From Nitrosopumilus sp. (lineage in GTDB: Archaea; Thermoproteota; Nitrososphaeria; Nitrososphaerales; Nitrosopumilaceae), in contig OZ250186.1 in NCBI GenBank assembly GCA_965238275.1, positions 672,001-736,000 on the forward strand: a stretch of DNA of 64,000 nucleotides, given 5' to 3'. Below the pieces are notes generated by a model. That model did not search any database, was not told the DNA's origin, and worked only from the letters and a program-made list of their open reading frames with translations. Made by a program: the position numbers and the translations under genes. This document shows, in pieces, positions 30,970-41,116 of this stretch. Within the stretch, counting starts at the first letter, position 1, and every line of letters begins with the position of its first letter.

Positions 30970-32904
30970 TCAGGCCACCTTCTGATACGCCTCAGATTCC
31001 CCATAACCGACATCCTTGATCTGGCTCTTTCCTGCAGGAAGCGCGCGCACAAAGTCGTCAATGCTGATACCCCTTGTAATGTCCTCTTCCAGTCTGGTAA
31101 ACTCGATCCTGATCCTCTTTGCAGCCTCGGCCATCTCTTGACCGTGCGGCTCGATTATTGCATAGCAGACTGAATACCTCTTGATTGGTTCTGTCGGACC
31201 GCACGCCAGGGCGTGACCGTCCCCCTGTGGGATTATCCCGACTGCCAGCTTGAGGGTCTGCGGCTTGATAAAGTTCCTCTGTCCCTCGATGGTAAAGGAT
31301 CCCCTTGGCAGAAACTGTCCGGTGGGTGCCGACTTCTTTACCTGGTGCGGCATCACCCAGTATGCGCTCATCCCGTACATGCCCTCCCTCCAGGCCCTGC
31401 TGAAGCAGACTGTTGCATGTGCGACCTCGTTCATGCTGTCTGCCGGGGTGCCTGCTGCATCCTTTAGTATGAAGAACGGGGATCCGTTTACCTCTGCATG
31501 AAATATCCTGTCATTGTTCTGCATCTGTTTTCTTACCACCGCAGAGTTTGAGGCAACATCCCTTCCGCCCACTGCAAGCAGTCCGTCTGATGTGGGAAAC
31601 CACCTGTAACGCTCATACCAGCTCTTTCTCCTGATCTCCGAGGCCGTGACTGCACCCTTTTCTGATTCGCTTCTGTTCTGGAGATTGTCGATCTTCTGTC
31701 TTGTCTTGACCATGATCCTCTCGATTGACGGAACGGCTCTTGACTGGTGCTTTGCCTCGTCAAACAGGACGGATGCAATCGAGTGCAGCGGTGATTCGGG
31801 GTTTATCATGATCTTCTGGTCTGCAACTACCACCTGTGGGATCCCCTTCTCGCTTCCAAGCTCTGCATCATTCCCGGACAGGATCTGCCGGGCCCTGTCA
31901 TCCCGGATTGTGGTGATCCCCTGCGAGATCATTCCGAGCATGGAGTTTGCCACCGCCGTTATCGTCTTGGATCTCTCCTTTACGGTGTCGACTGCCTTCT
32001 CCTGCTCCTCAAGCTGCGTATGCAGCTCCTTGATCTTCTTTTCGGAGCCGCCTGACTGGATAGTTCTTCCCTCCCTTAGGAGCGACTCTGTAAAGACGGC
32101 ATCAAGCCCCCCGATGAAGTCATCGACTGGCTTGCATGACTCGTCTAGGGGATCCAGCGTGACTGGGAGGACCTCTGCCTGCTCGTCTCCCACTATTACG
32201 GGGTTGTGTCTTCCAGAGATCACGTCTGAGACAATCCCCTTGGTTGTCTCAAACACGCCCCTGATCTGCTCCGGGCTCAACTGGGTGCCTGCAGCCTTTG
32301 AGTCGATCTTGGCAATACCGAATATGCCTTCTACATACCTTCTTGGCAGCCCCAGTGTCCTTCCAAGCCATTTTGCAGCACCAAGTTCGGTCGTTCCAAG
32401 CCCGTCAAAGTCGGACCCTGTAATGTTGAATATGTCCAGACTGTTCTGCGGAGGCGGAACATACTCCAGCCCCACGCCAAGCTTCCTGTGCCTGACGTCG
32501 ATGGAGTGCTGTAGCGCAAGAATCTTCATCTGGCTGTTGCAGAGTATGATGTTGCCGTCGCCGAAGAACTCGCCTACCAGGACGAACTCCTTTTCAAATC
32601 CCTCAAAGACAAGATAGGCCACCCTCTCTGAGCCGATCTGCCGTATCTGCTTGAGCTTGAGCCGCAGCAGATCGCTGCGCAGCCTCCTTTGCAGCCGGTT
32701 CTCTGCAATCTGCTCTATTCTTACCGAGGTCAGCCAGATGCCTGACGTGGAGATCATCATGAAGATATCACTCTTCTCCGTGTGATGCATCTTGAAGAGT
32801 ATGCTGTCCCGGTTTATTCCATAAATATTACTGACGTAGTAGTCCCTGACCTCTTCAGATATCCTGTCCACAAGGTACCGCAGTTCAATTCCAGCCAGAG
32901 CCAT
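30970..32904 (-). CDS. rqcH: Ribosome quality-control factor RqcH/Rqc2 (NFACT family)
   Basis: EFFGDGNIIL, WYERYRWF, GGRD..SN, FHAE..GSP, P.GQFLP.GSF.I.G. Confidence 0.92.
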   Translation of the reverse strand: MALAGIELRYLVDRISEEVRDYYVSNIYGINRDSILFKMHHTEKSDIFMMISTSGIWLTSVRIEQIAENRLQRRLRSDLLRLKLKQIRQIGSERVAYLVFEGFEKEFVLVGEFFGDGNIILCNSQMKILALQHSIDVRHRKLGVGLEYVPPPQNSLDIFNITGSDFDGLGTTELGAAKWLGRTLGLPRRYVEGIFGIAKIDSKAAGTQLSPEQIRGVFETTKGIVSDVISGRHNPVIVGDEQAEVLPVTLDPLDESCKPVDDFIGGLDAVFTESLLREGRTIQSGGSEKKIKELHTQLEEQEKAVDTVKERSKTITAVANSMLGMISQGITTIRDDRARQILSGNDAELGSEKGIPQVVVADQKIMINPESPLHSIASVLFDEAKHQSRAVPSIERIMVKTRQKIDNLQNRSESEKGAVTASEIRRKSWYERYRWFPTSDGLLAVGGRDVASNSAVVRKQMQNNDRIFHAEVNGSPFFILKDAAGTPADSMNEVAHATVCFSRAWREGMYGMSAYWVMPHQVKKSAPTGQFLPRGSFTIEGQRNFIKPQTLKLAVGIIPQGDGHALACGPTEPIKRYSVCYAIIEPHGQEMAEAAKRIRIEFTRLEEDITRGISIDDFVRALPAGKSQIKDVGYGESEAYQKVA

Positions 32905-33112
32905 CGGGTTGTCACTGGGTATCCGGGTTTATACTTTTACTGTTTGTTGCATTTATCTGGAGTCACGAACCCCCATCACCCGGACGCGCATCTGGAGTAT
33001 GGGATTGAATTCTGGAGATCCTATGCATGAATTTATCCAGATAACTGCCCAATTCCCTTCATAAGCAAGGCTTTTATTCCAGAGGAAAAGTTGCAAATCT
33101 AGTGAATAATTA

Positions 33113-33358
33113 GTGTCCCAACCGAGCGGCTCAAAAAGACCTCTAACAACTCTTCAAAAAAGTACGAAAAAGAGGGTAACAGTAAGACTCAAGAATGAAG
33201 TCGAATACAAGGGGAAGATGGACAATGTTGATTCGTATATGAATTTGATTATGACTGATGCAGAGGAGCTACACGACGGTAGAGCCATTGCAAATTATGG
33301 CAGAGTGATTGTCAGGGGCAACAATGTCCTGTTTATCAAACTAGAAAATGAGCTCTAG
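33113..33358 (+). CDS. Sm/Lsm-like RNA-binding protein
   Basis: VRLKN..EY.G....D.YMNL...DAEE, VRGNNV. Confidence 0.93.
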   Translation: MSQPSGSKRPLTTLQKSTKKRVTVRLKNEVEYKGKMDNVDSYMNLIMTDAEELHDGRAIANYGRVIVRGNNVLFIKLENEL

Positions 33359-33370
33359 TTAGGCGATTTC

Positions 33371-34537
33371 ATGGCCAACGGTTTTCTGTTTACATCCGAA
33401 TCCGTAACAGAGGGGCATCCAGACAAGCTGTGCGACAACATCTCTGATGCATTCTTAGACGAGTATCTCAAACAGGACAGGGACTCGCGGGTGGCAGTCG
33501 AGACGATGGTGACTACTGATTTTGTGGCAGTCTCCGGCGAGGTAACATCCAAGGCTGACCTTGACAGGAAGGCACAGGAGGAACTGATAAGAAAGACGAT
33601 CAAGGAGATAGGATACGACAACAGGGATCTGATGTTTGATGCCGATACATGCCAGGTAAACCTGAGGCTGCACTCGCAAAGTCCGGATATCAGTCAGGGC
33701 GTGACTGCCACTCAGGACAGAGAACAGGGTGCAGGTGATCAGGGATTGATGTTTGGTTATGCGACAGACGAGACTGAGGAGATGATGCCCATGCCTATTC
33801 TGCTTGCGCACAGGCTGACTCAAAAACTCTCTGAGGTCAGAAAGAATGGAACCCTGCCATGGGTCAGGCCAGACGGCAAGTCGCAGGTATCTGTACGATA
33901 CGAGGACGGCAGGCCTGCTGAGATTGAGACGGTTGTGATCTCAACCCAGCACAGCCCGGAGATATCCCATGATATGATTACTTCTGAGATCACAGAGAAG
34001 GTAATCCGGCCTGTTCTAGGCGCGCGCTGGCGTGACGGCATTAAGATCCATATCAACCCTGCCGGAAAGTTTGTAATCGGAGGGCCCCACGGGGACGCCG
34101 GACTGACCGGAAGAAAGATCATCGTTGATACGTATGGCGGATTCGGCAGGCACGGCGGCGGAGCCTTTTCCGGGAAGGATCCCTCCAAGGTGGACAGATC
34201 CGCCTGCTACATGTGCAGGTATATAGCAAAGAATCTTGTTGCTGCAGGACTGGCCAGTCGGTGCGAGGTGCAGCTTGCATATGCAATCGGAGTGGCAGAG
34301 CCGGTATCCCTGTATGTAAACACGTTTGGAACAAACACAATTTCTGAAAAACAGATTGAGAGTCTGGTCAGGGAGAACTTTGACATGAAGCCGTCGGGAA
34401 TAATCTCGGAGCTGGACCTGAAGAGGCCGATATACAAAAAGACGGCATCATACGGGCATTTTGGAAGGGACGAGCCGGAGTTCTCATGGGAGAGAACCAA
34501 CAAAGCCGAAACCCTAAGAAGGTCTGCCGGACTCTAG
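33371..34537 (+). CDS. metK: S-adenosylmethionine synthetase (bacterial/eukaryal type)
   Basis: [35 protein letters not shown]. Confidence 0.97.
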   Translation: MANGFLFTSESVTEGHPDKLCDNISDAFLDEYLKQDRDSRVAVETMVTTDFVAVSGEVTSKADLDRKAQEELIRKTIKEIGYDNRDLMFDADTCQVNLRLHSQSPDISQGVTATQDREQGAGDQGLMFGYATDETEEMMPMPILLAHRLTQKLSEVRKNGTLPWVRPDGKSQVSVRYEDGRPAEIETVVISTQHSPEISHDMITSEITEKVIRPVLGARWRDGIKIHINPAGKFVIGGPHGDAGLTGRKIIVDTYGGFGRHGGGAFSGKDPSKVDRSACYMCRYIAKNLVAAGLASRCEVQLAYAIGVAEPVSLYVNTFGTNTISEKQIESLVRENFDMKPSGIISELDLKRPIYKKTASYGHFGRDEPEFSWERTNKAETLRRSAGL

Positions 34538-35386
34538 AACCCCCGTCACCGATCGGAACCTCATCTTGGATACCCTTTGCAGTCTGGAATGATCCCCACA
34601 GAAGCCGCCTGCCAGTATGCCCAGATCGTCAACCCCAAAATACGTTCTCGGGTTAACTATTGCGGTGTGGTATGCCTCCTCCAGACTTATCCTCCTGATC
34701 TTCGTGTGGGCTCCTCCTCCTCCTCCTGCAAGGCACCTGGCATACTGCTCAAGGGTGACTGATTCGGGGCCTACAAGATCAAGTATCCTGTTTCTGAATC
34801 CAGGATATGTGACGGATCGAAGTATCACCTCTGAGACATCGTCTATGTGAACCGGCTGCATGGCATATCTGTCCGATCCAGGAATCTCAATTGTTCCATT
34901 TCCCATCTGCCTTCTGAAATGCCTTGTAAGGGAATCGCCTCTTCCCACTATGTACGAGGGCCGGAAGATGGTATGGTCCAGTCCCGACCCCGCAACGACC
35001 CTTTCGGCCTTGAATTTTGAGATAAAGTATGCCAGAGGCGTGCCTGCAGAGGCGCCCAGGCCGCTGACGTAAATGATCTTCTTAATTCGGGCACTCTTGC
35101 ACAGATCCACGGCATTATGCGCCGATTCTACGTTTACTGCATCATAGCCTGTCCTGACAGACTGCCTGCCGATCCCTACAAGATGAACCAGCGCATCTGC
35201 ATCGGCAGCCTCTGAGACTGCACGTCTTTCGGTATAGTCCCCTGATACGACTCCAGTCTCGCCATGGAATGTCTTGATGCTGTCCCTTGATATTGAGACC
35301 AGCCGCCGGTTGCCTCCTGCAAGGTACCTTCTGAGATTCCGCGCAACATAGCCGCTTGCCCCGGTAACCACCAGCTTCAGACCCAT
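34514..35386 (-). CDS. NAD-dependent epimerase/dehydratase (atypical SDR)
   Basis: [21 protein letters not shown]. Confidence 0.88.
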   Translation of the reverse strand: MGLKLVVTGASGYVARNLRRYLAGGNRRLVSISRDSIKTFHGETGVVSGDYTERRAVSEAADADALVHLVGIGRQSVRTGYDAVNVESAHNAVDLCKSARIKKIIYVSGLGASAGTPLAYFISKFKAERVVAGSGLDHTIFRPSYIVGRGDSLTRHFRRQMGNGTIEIPGSDRYAMQPVHIDDVSEVILRSVTYPGFRNRILDLVGPESVTLEQYARCLAGGGGGAHTKIRRISLEEAYHTAIVNPRTYFGVDDLGILAGGFCGDHSRLQRVSKMRFRSVTGVLESGRPS

Positions 35387-35450
35387 GGAGATACCGAGCC
35401 TCTTCTGACTTTAAGTCTATTTGGGGTAAACCGTTCCCGGCCCCTGCTGC

Positions 35451-36050
35451 TCATTCCGGCTTGGTAGCTGACACTATTGTTACCGGATTCCGTGCAAGCA
35501 TCATGGTGCCCGTGCTGGTCCTTCTGCTCTTGGAGATTGTAACCTGCGTGATGTCGACAGAATCAAACTCCAGCACGTCAAGCACCCGCAGTACGGCATA
35601 AAGCGTCTCGATCAGTATGGTTCCGATGACGATCCTTCCCCCGCCCTTGAGTCTCTTGTGGCACAGCTCCACTATAGCAGCAGTATCCCCACCCGTTCCG
35701 CCTATGAATACTGCATCTGCAGTGTCCATGTCCGGAATCCTCTCCTTGGCGTCCCCGTGAACCTGCAGGACGTTTGAGAGTCCGAACCTGCTGGCATTCC
35801 TTCCTGTCAGTTCTATTGCGTTGATGTCGCGGTCCACTGCAAGCACCCTGCCTGACTCCCCTATCTGGATGGCGGCCTCGACTGAGATTGAACCGCTTCC
35901 GCAACCGATGTCATAGACTGTCTGTCCTGGACGGAGCCTGGCCTTGCTGATCTGGATTACCCTTACCTCCTCCTTTGTTATCGGCACCTTCTCGGTGCGC
36001 TCAAACATCCCGTCTGGAATCCCGGGAGTCCTAAAGTCCCACATGTTCAC
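35451..36050 (-). CDS. cbiT: Cobalt-precorrin-6B C15-methyltransferase (decarboxylating)
   Basis: PITKEEVR, DIGCGSGSISVE, FIGG, ARNPV. Confidence 0.93.
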   Translation of the reverse strand: MNMWDFRTPGIPDGMFERTEKVPITKEEVRVIQISKARLRPGQTVYDIGCGSGSISVEAAIQIGESGRVLAVDRDINAIELTGRNASRFGLSNVLQVHGDAKERIPDMDTADAVFIGGTGGDTAAIVELCHKRLKGGGRIVIGTILIETLYAVLRVLDVLEFDSVDITQVTISKSRRTSTGTMMLARNPVTIVSATKPE

Positions 36051-36058
36051 TCTTCAGG

Positions 36059-36538
36059 CTAGACGTTGATCCCACTGGAGACGCTTCCCGCATTGGCTAA
36101 TGTATGGGTGACTATCCATGTAAACAGATACAAAAAGACATAGCTTCCGATTGCCTGCGTGACGACCTTCTTCCTGTCAGACGAGGCCAGTTGCATCTTC
36201 ATGTTCTTTGCAACCACTATAGTTGCAAGAAATATGATGATCATGAATCCGATTGAGGCCCACCTCTTGTCCTCCCCTTCTATATCCTCAAAGATGAATG
36301 TCGCGGCAACTCCTGCAATTACGGCAAGGCTTACCCGCAGCCAGTAGAGAAAGTTGAGTTTTCTGGTGTTCTCGCTGCTCCTGATCCCTTCCATCTTGGG
36401 CTCGCCTGAAGGTGCCGACGGCAGGGAGGTCCCGGAATCCTCCGCATTCGGGGTGGCATCCCCAGACGCACCGGATGGCACCTTCTTGCTGCCAGGATCA
36501 GACGTTGGTTGAGATCTCTTTTTTTTGAATCGTGCCAA
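36059..36538 (-). CDS. Hypothetical membrane protein (3 TM)
   Basis: Low-complexity N-terminus followed by three hydrophobic segments; TTTAAA box upstream. Confidence 0.75.
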   Translation of the reverse strand: MARFKKKRSQPTSDPGSKKVPSGASGDATPNAEDSGTSLPSAPSGEPKMEGIRSSENTRKLNFLYWLRVSLAVIAGVAATFIFEDIEGEDKRWASIGFMIIIFLATIVVAKNMKMQLASSDRKKVVTQAIGSYVFLYLFTWIVTHTLANAGSVSSGINV

Positions 36539-36706
36539 GTAAATTTCTAGCGTGTCTTCATCAAACCTTGTTTAAAATCTTTGGTAATTTTGGCTCTGTT
36601 CAATTATGGTGATCTGTAGCATTTGCTGTTCAAAAGAGGCATTCCTAAAATCTCGGAACGATTCTGGATTTTGCAGTCACTGCGACGATGCTTATGATTG
36701 CGACAG

Positions 36707-38147
36707 CTATAGCGGCGAGCGAAAGTTCGTGCAAACAGATCTCTCTGTAGCGTGTCCTGATGCTCTTTCCGGCGCTCTGTCAGACCTTCCAATATTGTCG
36801 TCGTTGTCGGGTCCAAGCCGACCTGTCGAATTGTTCATTCCAGAACCATCCGATCCGTGATCCTCGCGCCTTGTGACGACCTCGACACCCGCAATGGTGT
36901 CTCCACGATTCCCGTGGGCTTGGCCGCCAGTCTCCTCCGTATGGAGACAGTCATTATCCAGAATGTTTTTTGCCGCGTTCTTGTCGGCATGGTGGCACCA
37001 TCCGCATGAGACGCAGACAAATGATTCGCCGTTCCTGGATTTCTTGTCCACTACCCCGCAGGCAGCGCATCTCTGGCTTGTATGTGCGTGTTCCACGCGT
37101 CTTGAAATTCCGCCTTTCTTTTTCATCTGCCATTCAACCTGGCTCCGAAACTCGCCCATTCTGGAATAGGCCATCTCGCGGTTCAACCCCGTCTTTGAAG
37201 CGGCCCCGTTGGATCTCCTCATCCTGGTCAAATCCAGGTCTTCCAAGAACAATACGGACAGTCCTTTTGTTATCCGCCTGGCAATGTCGGCCTCGTTGTG
37301 TTTTTGCCTGTTTGATATCTTTTTCAATTCATGCGTTATCCTGCGGCCGATCTCTTTCCATCTTCTGGAGCCTGGCTGGCATCTTGATCTAAATGATTTC
37401 AGCTGATCAATCCTGTCGCCGTCATGCCTCTTGCAGCCTCCGGGGACACTGCAGTTTTTCATTCCCGTCCTCGTCTGCGACTGCCGCAAGGTGCCTGACT
37501 CCAAGATCCAGCCCTGCCTTGCATCCGCGGCCACCGCCTGTCGCAGGTTCGGGGTCTGGGACTTCTATCTGCAAATGCAGTTTGAATTCGCGATCACCAT
37601 CCTTGGTCTTACGCGTGACCTTGCCTGTGGTGTCAATCATCTGGAATGACACGAGCCTGCCTTCCGGAGCCTTCGTGCGTGGCCTTGCTTCCCCGAGTCC
37701 GGGCAGAAATACGGTGCCGTCGTCCCGCAGTTTTGGCTTTGCGCGTGAATTCAGCGAGCGCAGCCTGGTTGTTTTCCTGCCGCGCCTCATCAGGCTGGAC
37801 GGCTCGGTCCACCGATTGTGCTTGTACGTCTTCTTTTTCCCCAGCTTGATCTGTCTCTTGCGCCAGATGCGCTTGTTGTGCTTGAGCCGGTTTGCCTTGC
37901 GGAATTTGACTGCCGCCTGGAAAGCCTGTTTTGAGGCGGCCTCATGCATGTGGACGCTGCTGGCCAGGTTGAATTCCCTGCGCCATCCTGTTATCAGGTT
38001 GTTGACATCAAACTGTGTGATCCGTGAGTGTGCAAGTTTCATCATGATTGTCATGTCGTAAATGATGTCTGTTTCCCGGGAGCATTTCACGATCTTGCGT
38101 GACAGTTCCCGAGATTGTGTTATCTTGATGATTTTACTGACAATCAT
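36707..38147 (-). pseudogene. tnpB: TnpB RNA-guided nuclease, single +1 frameshift near 37455-37460 (about 479 aa if repaired)
   Basis: RuvC-I GLDLG in ORF 37422-38147; RuvC-II FLEDL, TSQRCAAC...CVSC zinc finger and RuvC-III HADKNAAKNI in ORF 36707-37534. Confidence 0.9.
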
Positions 38148-38215
38148 ACCTGTAGTTGGGATTTATTTTCTTAAAAAGGATCTCAAAAAATTGCACGAAC
38201 TTTCGCTTTTCACTA
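36710..38215 (-). mobile_element. TIR-bounded TnpB element with TA duplication at CTAG (IS630-like ends)
   Basis: TAGCGGCGAGCGAAAGTTCGTGCAA vs (rc) TAGTGAAAAGCGAAAGTTCGTGCAA, 21/25 with inner 17 bp perfect; junctions C-TA[element]TA-G. Confidence 0.9.
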
Positions 38216-38370
38216 TAGTACCATCATGGCAATCGTGCAGAACTCAAGTACGACGTTTTCCCATGCGACTTCCTCGCCAATTGGTCCTGTGAACTCGGTA
38301 TCTGGGAGACCGAAACCGTTGAAGGTAACAGTAACCTCTACCGGATCTGCGGAGGCCAGCGGTGCTGTGG

Positions 38371-38570
38371 GGCTCTGGTAAATTCTAGTGGGCTGATCAC
38401 CAAAATTTACCACCAAGGTGCTAGGATGACTTGTCTCACTTTTGAACAGGCCCGTAGAAGGTACCACACTTTTGAACACCGTGATGAAACATGGTAAGAT
38501 TGAATCTGGAGAAGATCCAAAAACACACTTTTGAAGTGAACGGCAGAGATCACCAGAATTTAACAGAGCC
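38371..38570. mobile_element. 200-bp MITE, copy 1
   Basis: Ends GGCTCTGGTAAATTCTAGTG and CACCAGAATTTAACAGAGCC; 4 differences from 41117-41316; internal CACTTTTGAA x3. Confidence 0.88.
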
Positions 38571-38682
38571 TACGGGACCGCGTTTGCCTGGATGGGACTC
38601 GTGCCACTGCGACGTGTTTTGCGCAGTCTTTGTACCTGCTGCGAATGGTCATACACGTTGCTCCGACCATGCAAAAAATTCG

Positions 38683-38771
38683 GGCAGTAATCATGAAGAA
38701 TCAGCATTTATCCCTTGATCCATGCTCATCGATACTCTTACCCTTCGATGTATTCTTGGCTGATTACTGCC
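38683..38771. repeat. 89-bp miniature inverted-repeat element
   Basis: GGCAGTAATCAtgAAGAAT ... ATTCTTggcTGATTACTGCC; no TSD seen. Confidence 0.55.
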
Positions 38772-39215
38772 TTGATTAGTTAACGTCGTTGTGAAATAAA
38801 AGTATATTTTAGGAATAGTGAACGCCTGTTTGATTTTTCCATTGTTTCTGAATGATTCAAAAGCGGGGGGAGGCTGTTGGAAATTATGGGTCCCTTCCGT
38901 ACCCTGCATGCGTGCGGTTCGGGTCCGGCTTGGCGATCCAGAAGCGGGGATTGGGAAGTCAAGTCAGTTCGCCTGGCTGCGATTCTGACTGCGGAGTTTC
39001 AGCCGCAATCGGATCCGGCACAGTACGCAAAAACCTGACTGGGTAGGCGTTCACGGTCACTGCGATGTGACAGCTCTGGGGCAGGGGCATCTGATATCTG
39101 CCAGGAGGCAGGACTGCCGGTGGCAGCTGCCTTGAAACGAATGCAGGCAGTTCGGGAAAATTCCAAATCCGAAGGGGCGTCAAATCATTTAATGTATGAA
39201 CGCCACTAAAAAATA

Positions 39216-39902
39216 GTGCAAAAGGATAGGCTGTCTGAATGGTTTGTGCCCAAGTTCGGCTCTAGGAATTTTCGGCTATCAATAGGAATCCTGTTTCTGC
39301 CCTACACCGGAATGGTGGTATCCTTTACCGTGTGGGGCTCCCTCTCGGTGGACTTCAGTCTTGACAGGCTGGCGTCAGCCTGCCTGCTCTATTTCCTTGC
39401 AATTGGGATATCCGCACACTGTCTTGACGCACTAGGAAGCAAAAAAAAGCCTTGGGGACGCATATCGCCATCAAAGCTCTGGCTAGTATCGACGGTTTCC
39501 CTGACTGCCTCCCTTTCCATCGGGCTGTACTATGCATTTTTGGATTCCTGGCTGCTGTTCCCGATAGGGGCCATCGAGGTGTTCTTTCTTTTGGCGTATA
39601 ACCTGGAGCTGTTTCGCGGCAAATTCCACAACAACACGTCGTTCGTCATATCCTGGGGGGTCCTGCCAGTTTTTGCCGGCGCCTCAATCCAGTCAAACGC
39701 CGTATCAGTCGAGACCGTAGTGCTTTCCGCGATTGCGGGACTTGCAAGCTATGTCCTCATAACCACGTCCAGAAAATACAAGGAGCTGAAGCGTCAGAAC
39801 GTAGGCCGCGGGTCGTACTACAGAAAGGAGGCAGTTCTCAAGGTGACAAGCCTGGCGGTGATATCTGGCACGGCCTGCTTTTTCATCTTACGGTATCTTT
39901 AA
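39216..39902 (+). CDS. Multi-TM membrane protein, possibly UbiA prenyltransferase-like
   Basis: About 8 hydrophobic segments, HCLDALG after TM2, LAYN motif; family call tentative. Confidence 0.6.
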   Translation: MQKDRLSEWFVPKFGSRNFRLSIGILFLPYTGMVVSFTVWGSLSVDFSLDRLASACLLYFLAIGISAHCLDALGSKKKPWGRISPSKLWLVSTVSLTASLSIGLYYAFLDSWLLFPIGAIEVFFLLAYNLELFRGKFHNNTSFVISWGVLPVFAGASIQSNAVSVETVVLSAIAGLASYVLITTSRKYKELKRQNVGRGSYYRKEAVLKVTSLAVISGTACFFILRYL

Positions 39903-39911
39903 TTCATGTAA

Positions 39912-40364
39912 ATGGGATACCATTGTATGAAGTCAGGTTCCGATATACTTCTGGCCAGGATACTGGACGCCCCCGTGGGCCAGGTGGTCACCGTCCTGGG
40001 GGAGGTCCTTGACTGTGCCGTCCAGCTGCAGGTGGTGGAGCAGAACGCCGTTGCGCCCAATCAGTTCGTAAGGAAGGTCGCGATTACCGCGCGCGGGCTG
40101 CCTGTCATAAAGGCAAGCGTGAAATTTGACTCCGCCGTGCTGCCTGAGTCCGTCATGGGCGAGCTTCTGAGGAAGAAGCGCGGCATCGGGACCATTCTCA
40201 ACGTCAATGGCATCGCCGCAACCAGAAGGATCCTGTCCCTGGACCTGCATCCGGGTCAGGGCATAACCTTGAGGGAGTACGAACTCGTTCACGGCGGGGC
40301 CGTGTGGTTTACCATATTTGAGGAGATAAACCTAGACAGTCTTGGTTCCGACAAGCACGGCTGA
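39912..40364 (+). CDS. Chorismate pyruvate-lyase (UbiC/DUF98)-like protein
   Basis: L.VVEQ, R.V.I, GIG.IL, REY, I.EE pattern of the chorismate-lyase/UTRA fold. Confidence 0.6.
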   Translation: MGYHCMKSGSDILLARILDAPVGQVVTVLGEVLDCAVQLQVVEQNAVAPNQFVRKVAITARGLPVIKASVKFDSAVLPESVMGELLRKKRGIGTILNVNGIAATRRILSLDLHPGQGITLREYELVHGGAVWFTIFEEINLDSLGSDKHG

Positions 40365-41015
40365 GGAGCCCCACGTCAGATCCTGCCTGCGGGTTTCCAG
40401 TCCGTGATCTTCCATGGCCTCCTCGTACTCCTGCACCCAGTTTGAGGCCCTTATCAGGCGGGGCAGGTCGGCGAAGACCTGTCTCCAGCTTGGGGTGAAA
40501 AGGCCCGCGAGATTCAGCAGCCTGAAATAAAAATCCCACATTCTGCGCACCGGGCCGGCCTTCGGATATGTGAAGTCATGCAGAATTATCTTCCCGCCGG
40601 CATCGAGGTGGTCAAGGCAGCTCCTGATCAGGGTATCCGGCGTGCAGTATTTTGGCAGGTATGACGCAGTGATGCAGGAGAACTTTTCCCCGAGGCTGAG
40701 CTTTTCGGCATCCTGGTTTACAAAGGAGATGTTCCGGTGCGGGGCCGACTTCTCCATGGCCTTCTCAAGGTACCCCTGGGTAACGTCGACGCCCACTATC
40801 TCCGCGCCCGGCAGCATTTTTGCAATCTGTCTCGTAAGGATGCCCGTACCGCAGGCAAGATCCAACACGTTTTTTTCATCAGACAGGTGCTCCAGAATCT
40901 TACGTTTCCAAAGGCCGTCCTTGCCAAAGGTGGTCCAGCTGACTATCCTGTCATACGAGCTGGCGTTGCTGTTAAAAAATTTCGGGACCATGCACTTCGG
41001 ACTCTCTTCGGCCAT
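40332..41015 (-). CDS. Class I SAM methyltransferase, UbiE/MenG-like
   Basis: F...A..YD.....TFG.D..WKR, VLDLACGTG, DAEKL. Confidence 0.85.
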   Translation of the reverse strand: MAEESPKCMVPKFFNSNASSYDRIVSWTTFGKDGLWKRKILEHLSDEKNVLDLACGTGILTRQIAKMLPGAEIVGVDVTQGYLEKAMEKSAPHRNISFVNQDAEKLSLGEKFSCITASYLPKYCTPDTLIRSCLDHLDAGGKIILHDFTYPKAGPVRRMWDFYFRLLNLAGLFTPSWRQVFADLPRLIRASNWVQEYEEAMEDHGLETRRQDLTWGSSAVLVGTKTV

Positions 41016-41116
41016 GCTTACTGCCGGTTTTTTTGTCTAAAGTAGTTTGTGAGTAGGCAGCCTCCCTTAACGACTAGGGTCCGCGGGGCCGCCTTGGGGG
41101 AGGGGGATGCCTGACG

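Larger units (their letters stand above)
36645..38370 (-). pseudogene. 3' fragment of a PEFG-CTERM surface-protein gene, split by the TnpB element
   Basis: After removing 36710-38215 and one TA: ...TGPIGEEVAWENVVLEFCTIAMMVL|AVAIISIVAVTAKSRIVPRF*; PEFG degraded to LEFC; 5' end cut at the TIR at 38371. Confidence 0.85.

Noticed and set aside
31646-32617. Long antisense ORFs (also 46127-47074, 11638-12474, 52024-52629)
   Set aside because: Shadows of well-supported genes on the opposite strand or in another frame.
33371-34537. Bacterial-type MetK in an archaeon as recent HGT
   Set aside because: To my knowledge this type is usual in this lineage; composition matches the backbone and there are no mobility signs.
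36606-36860. Cys-rich ORF MVICSICC... as a zinc-finger or transposase start
   Set aside because: It is a chimera across the TIR, the antisense PEFG-CTERM tail and the TnpB element end.
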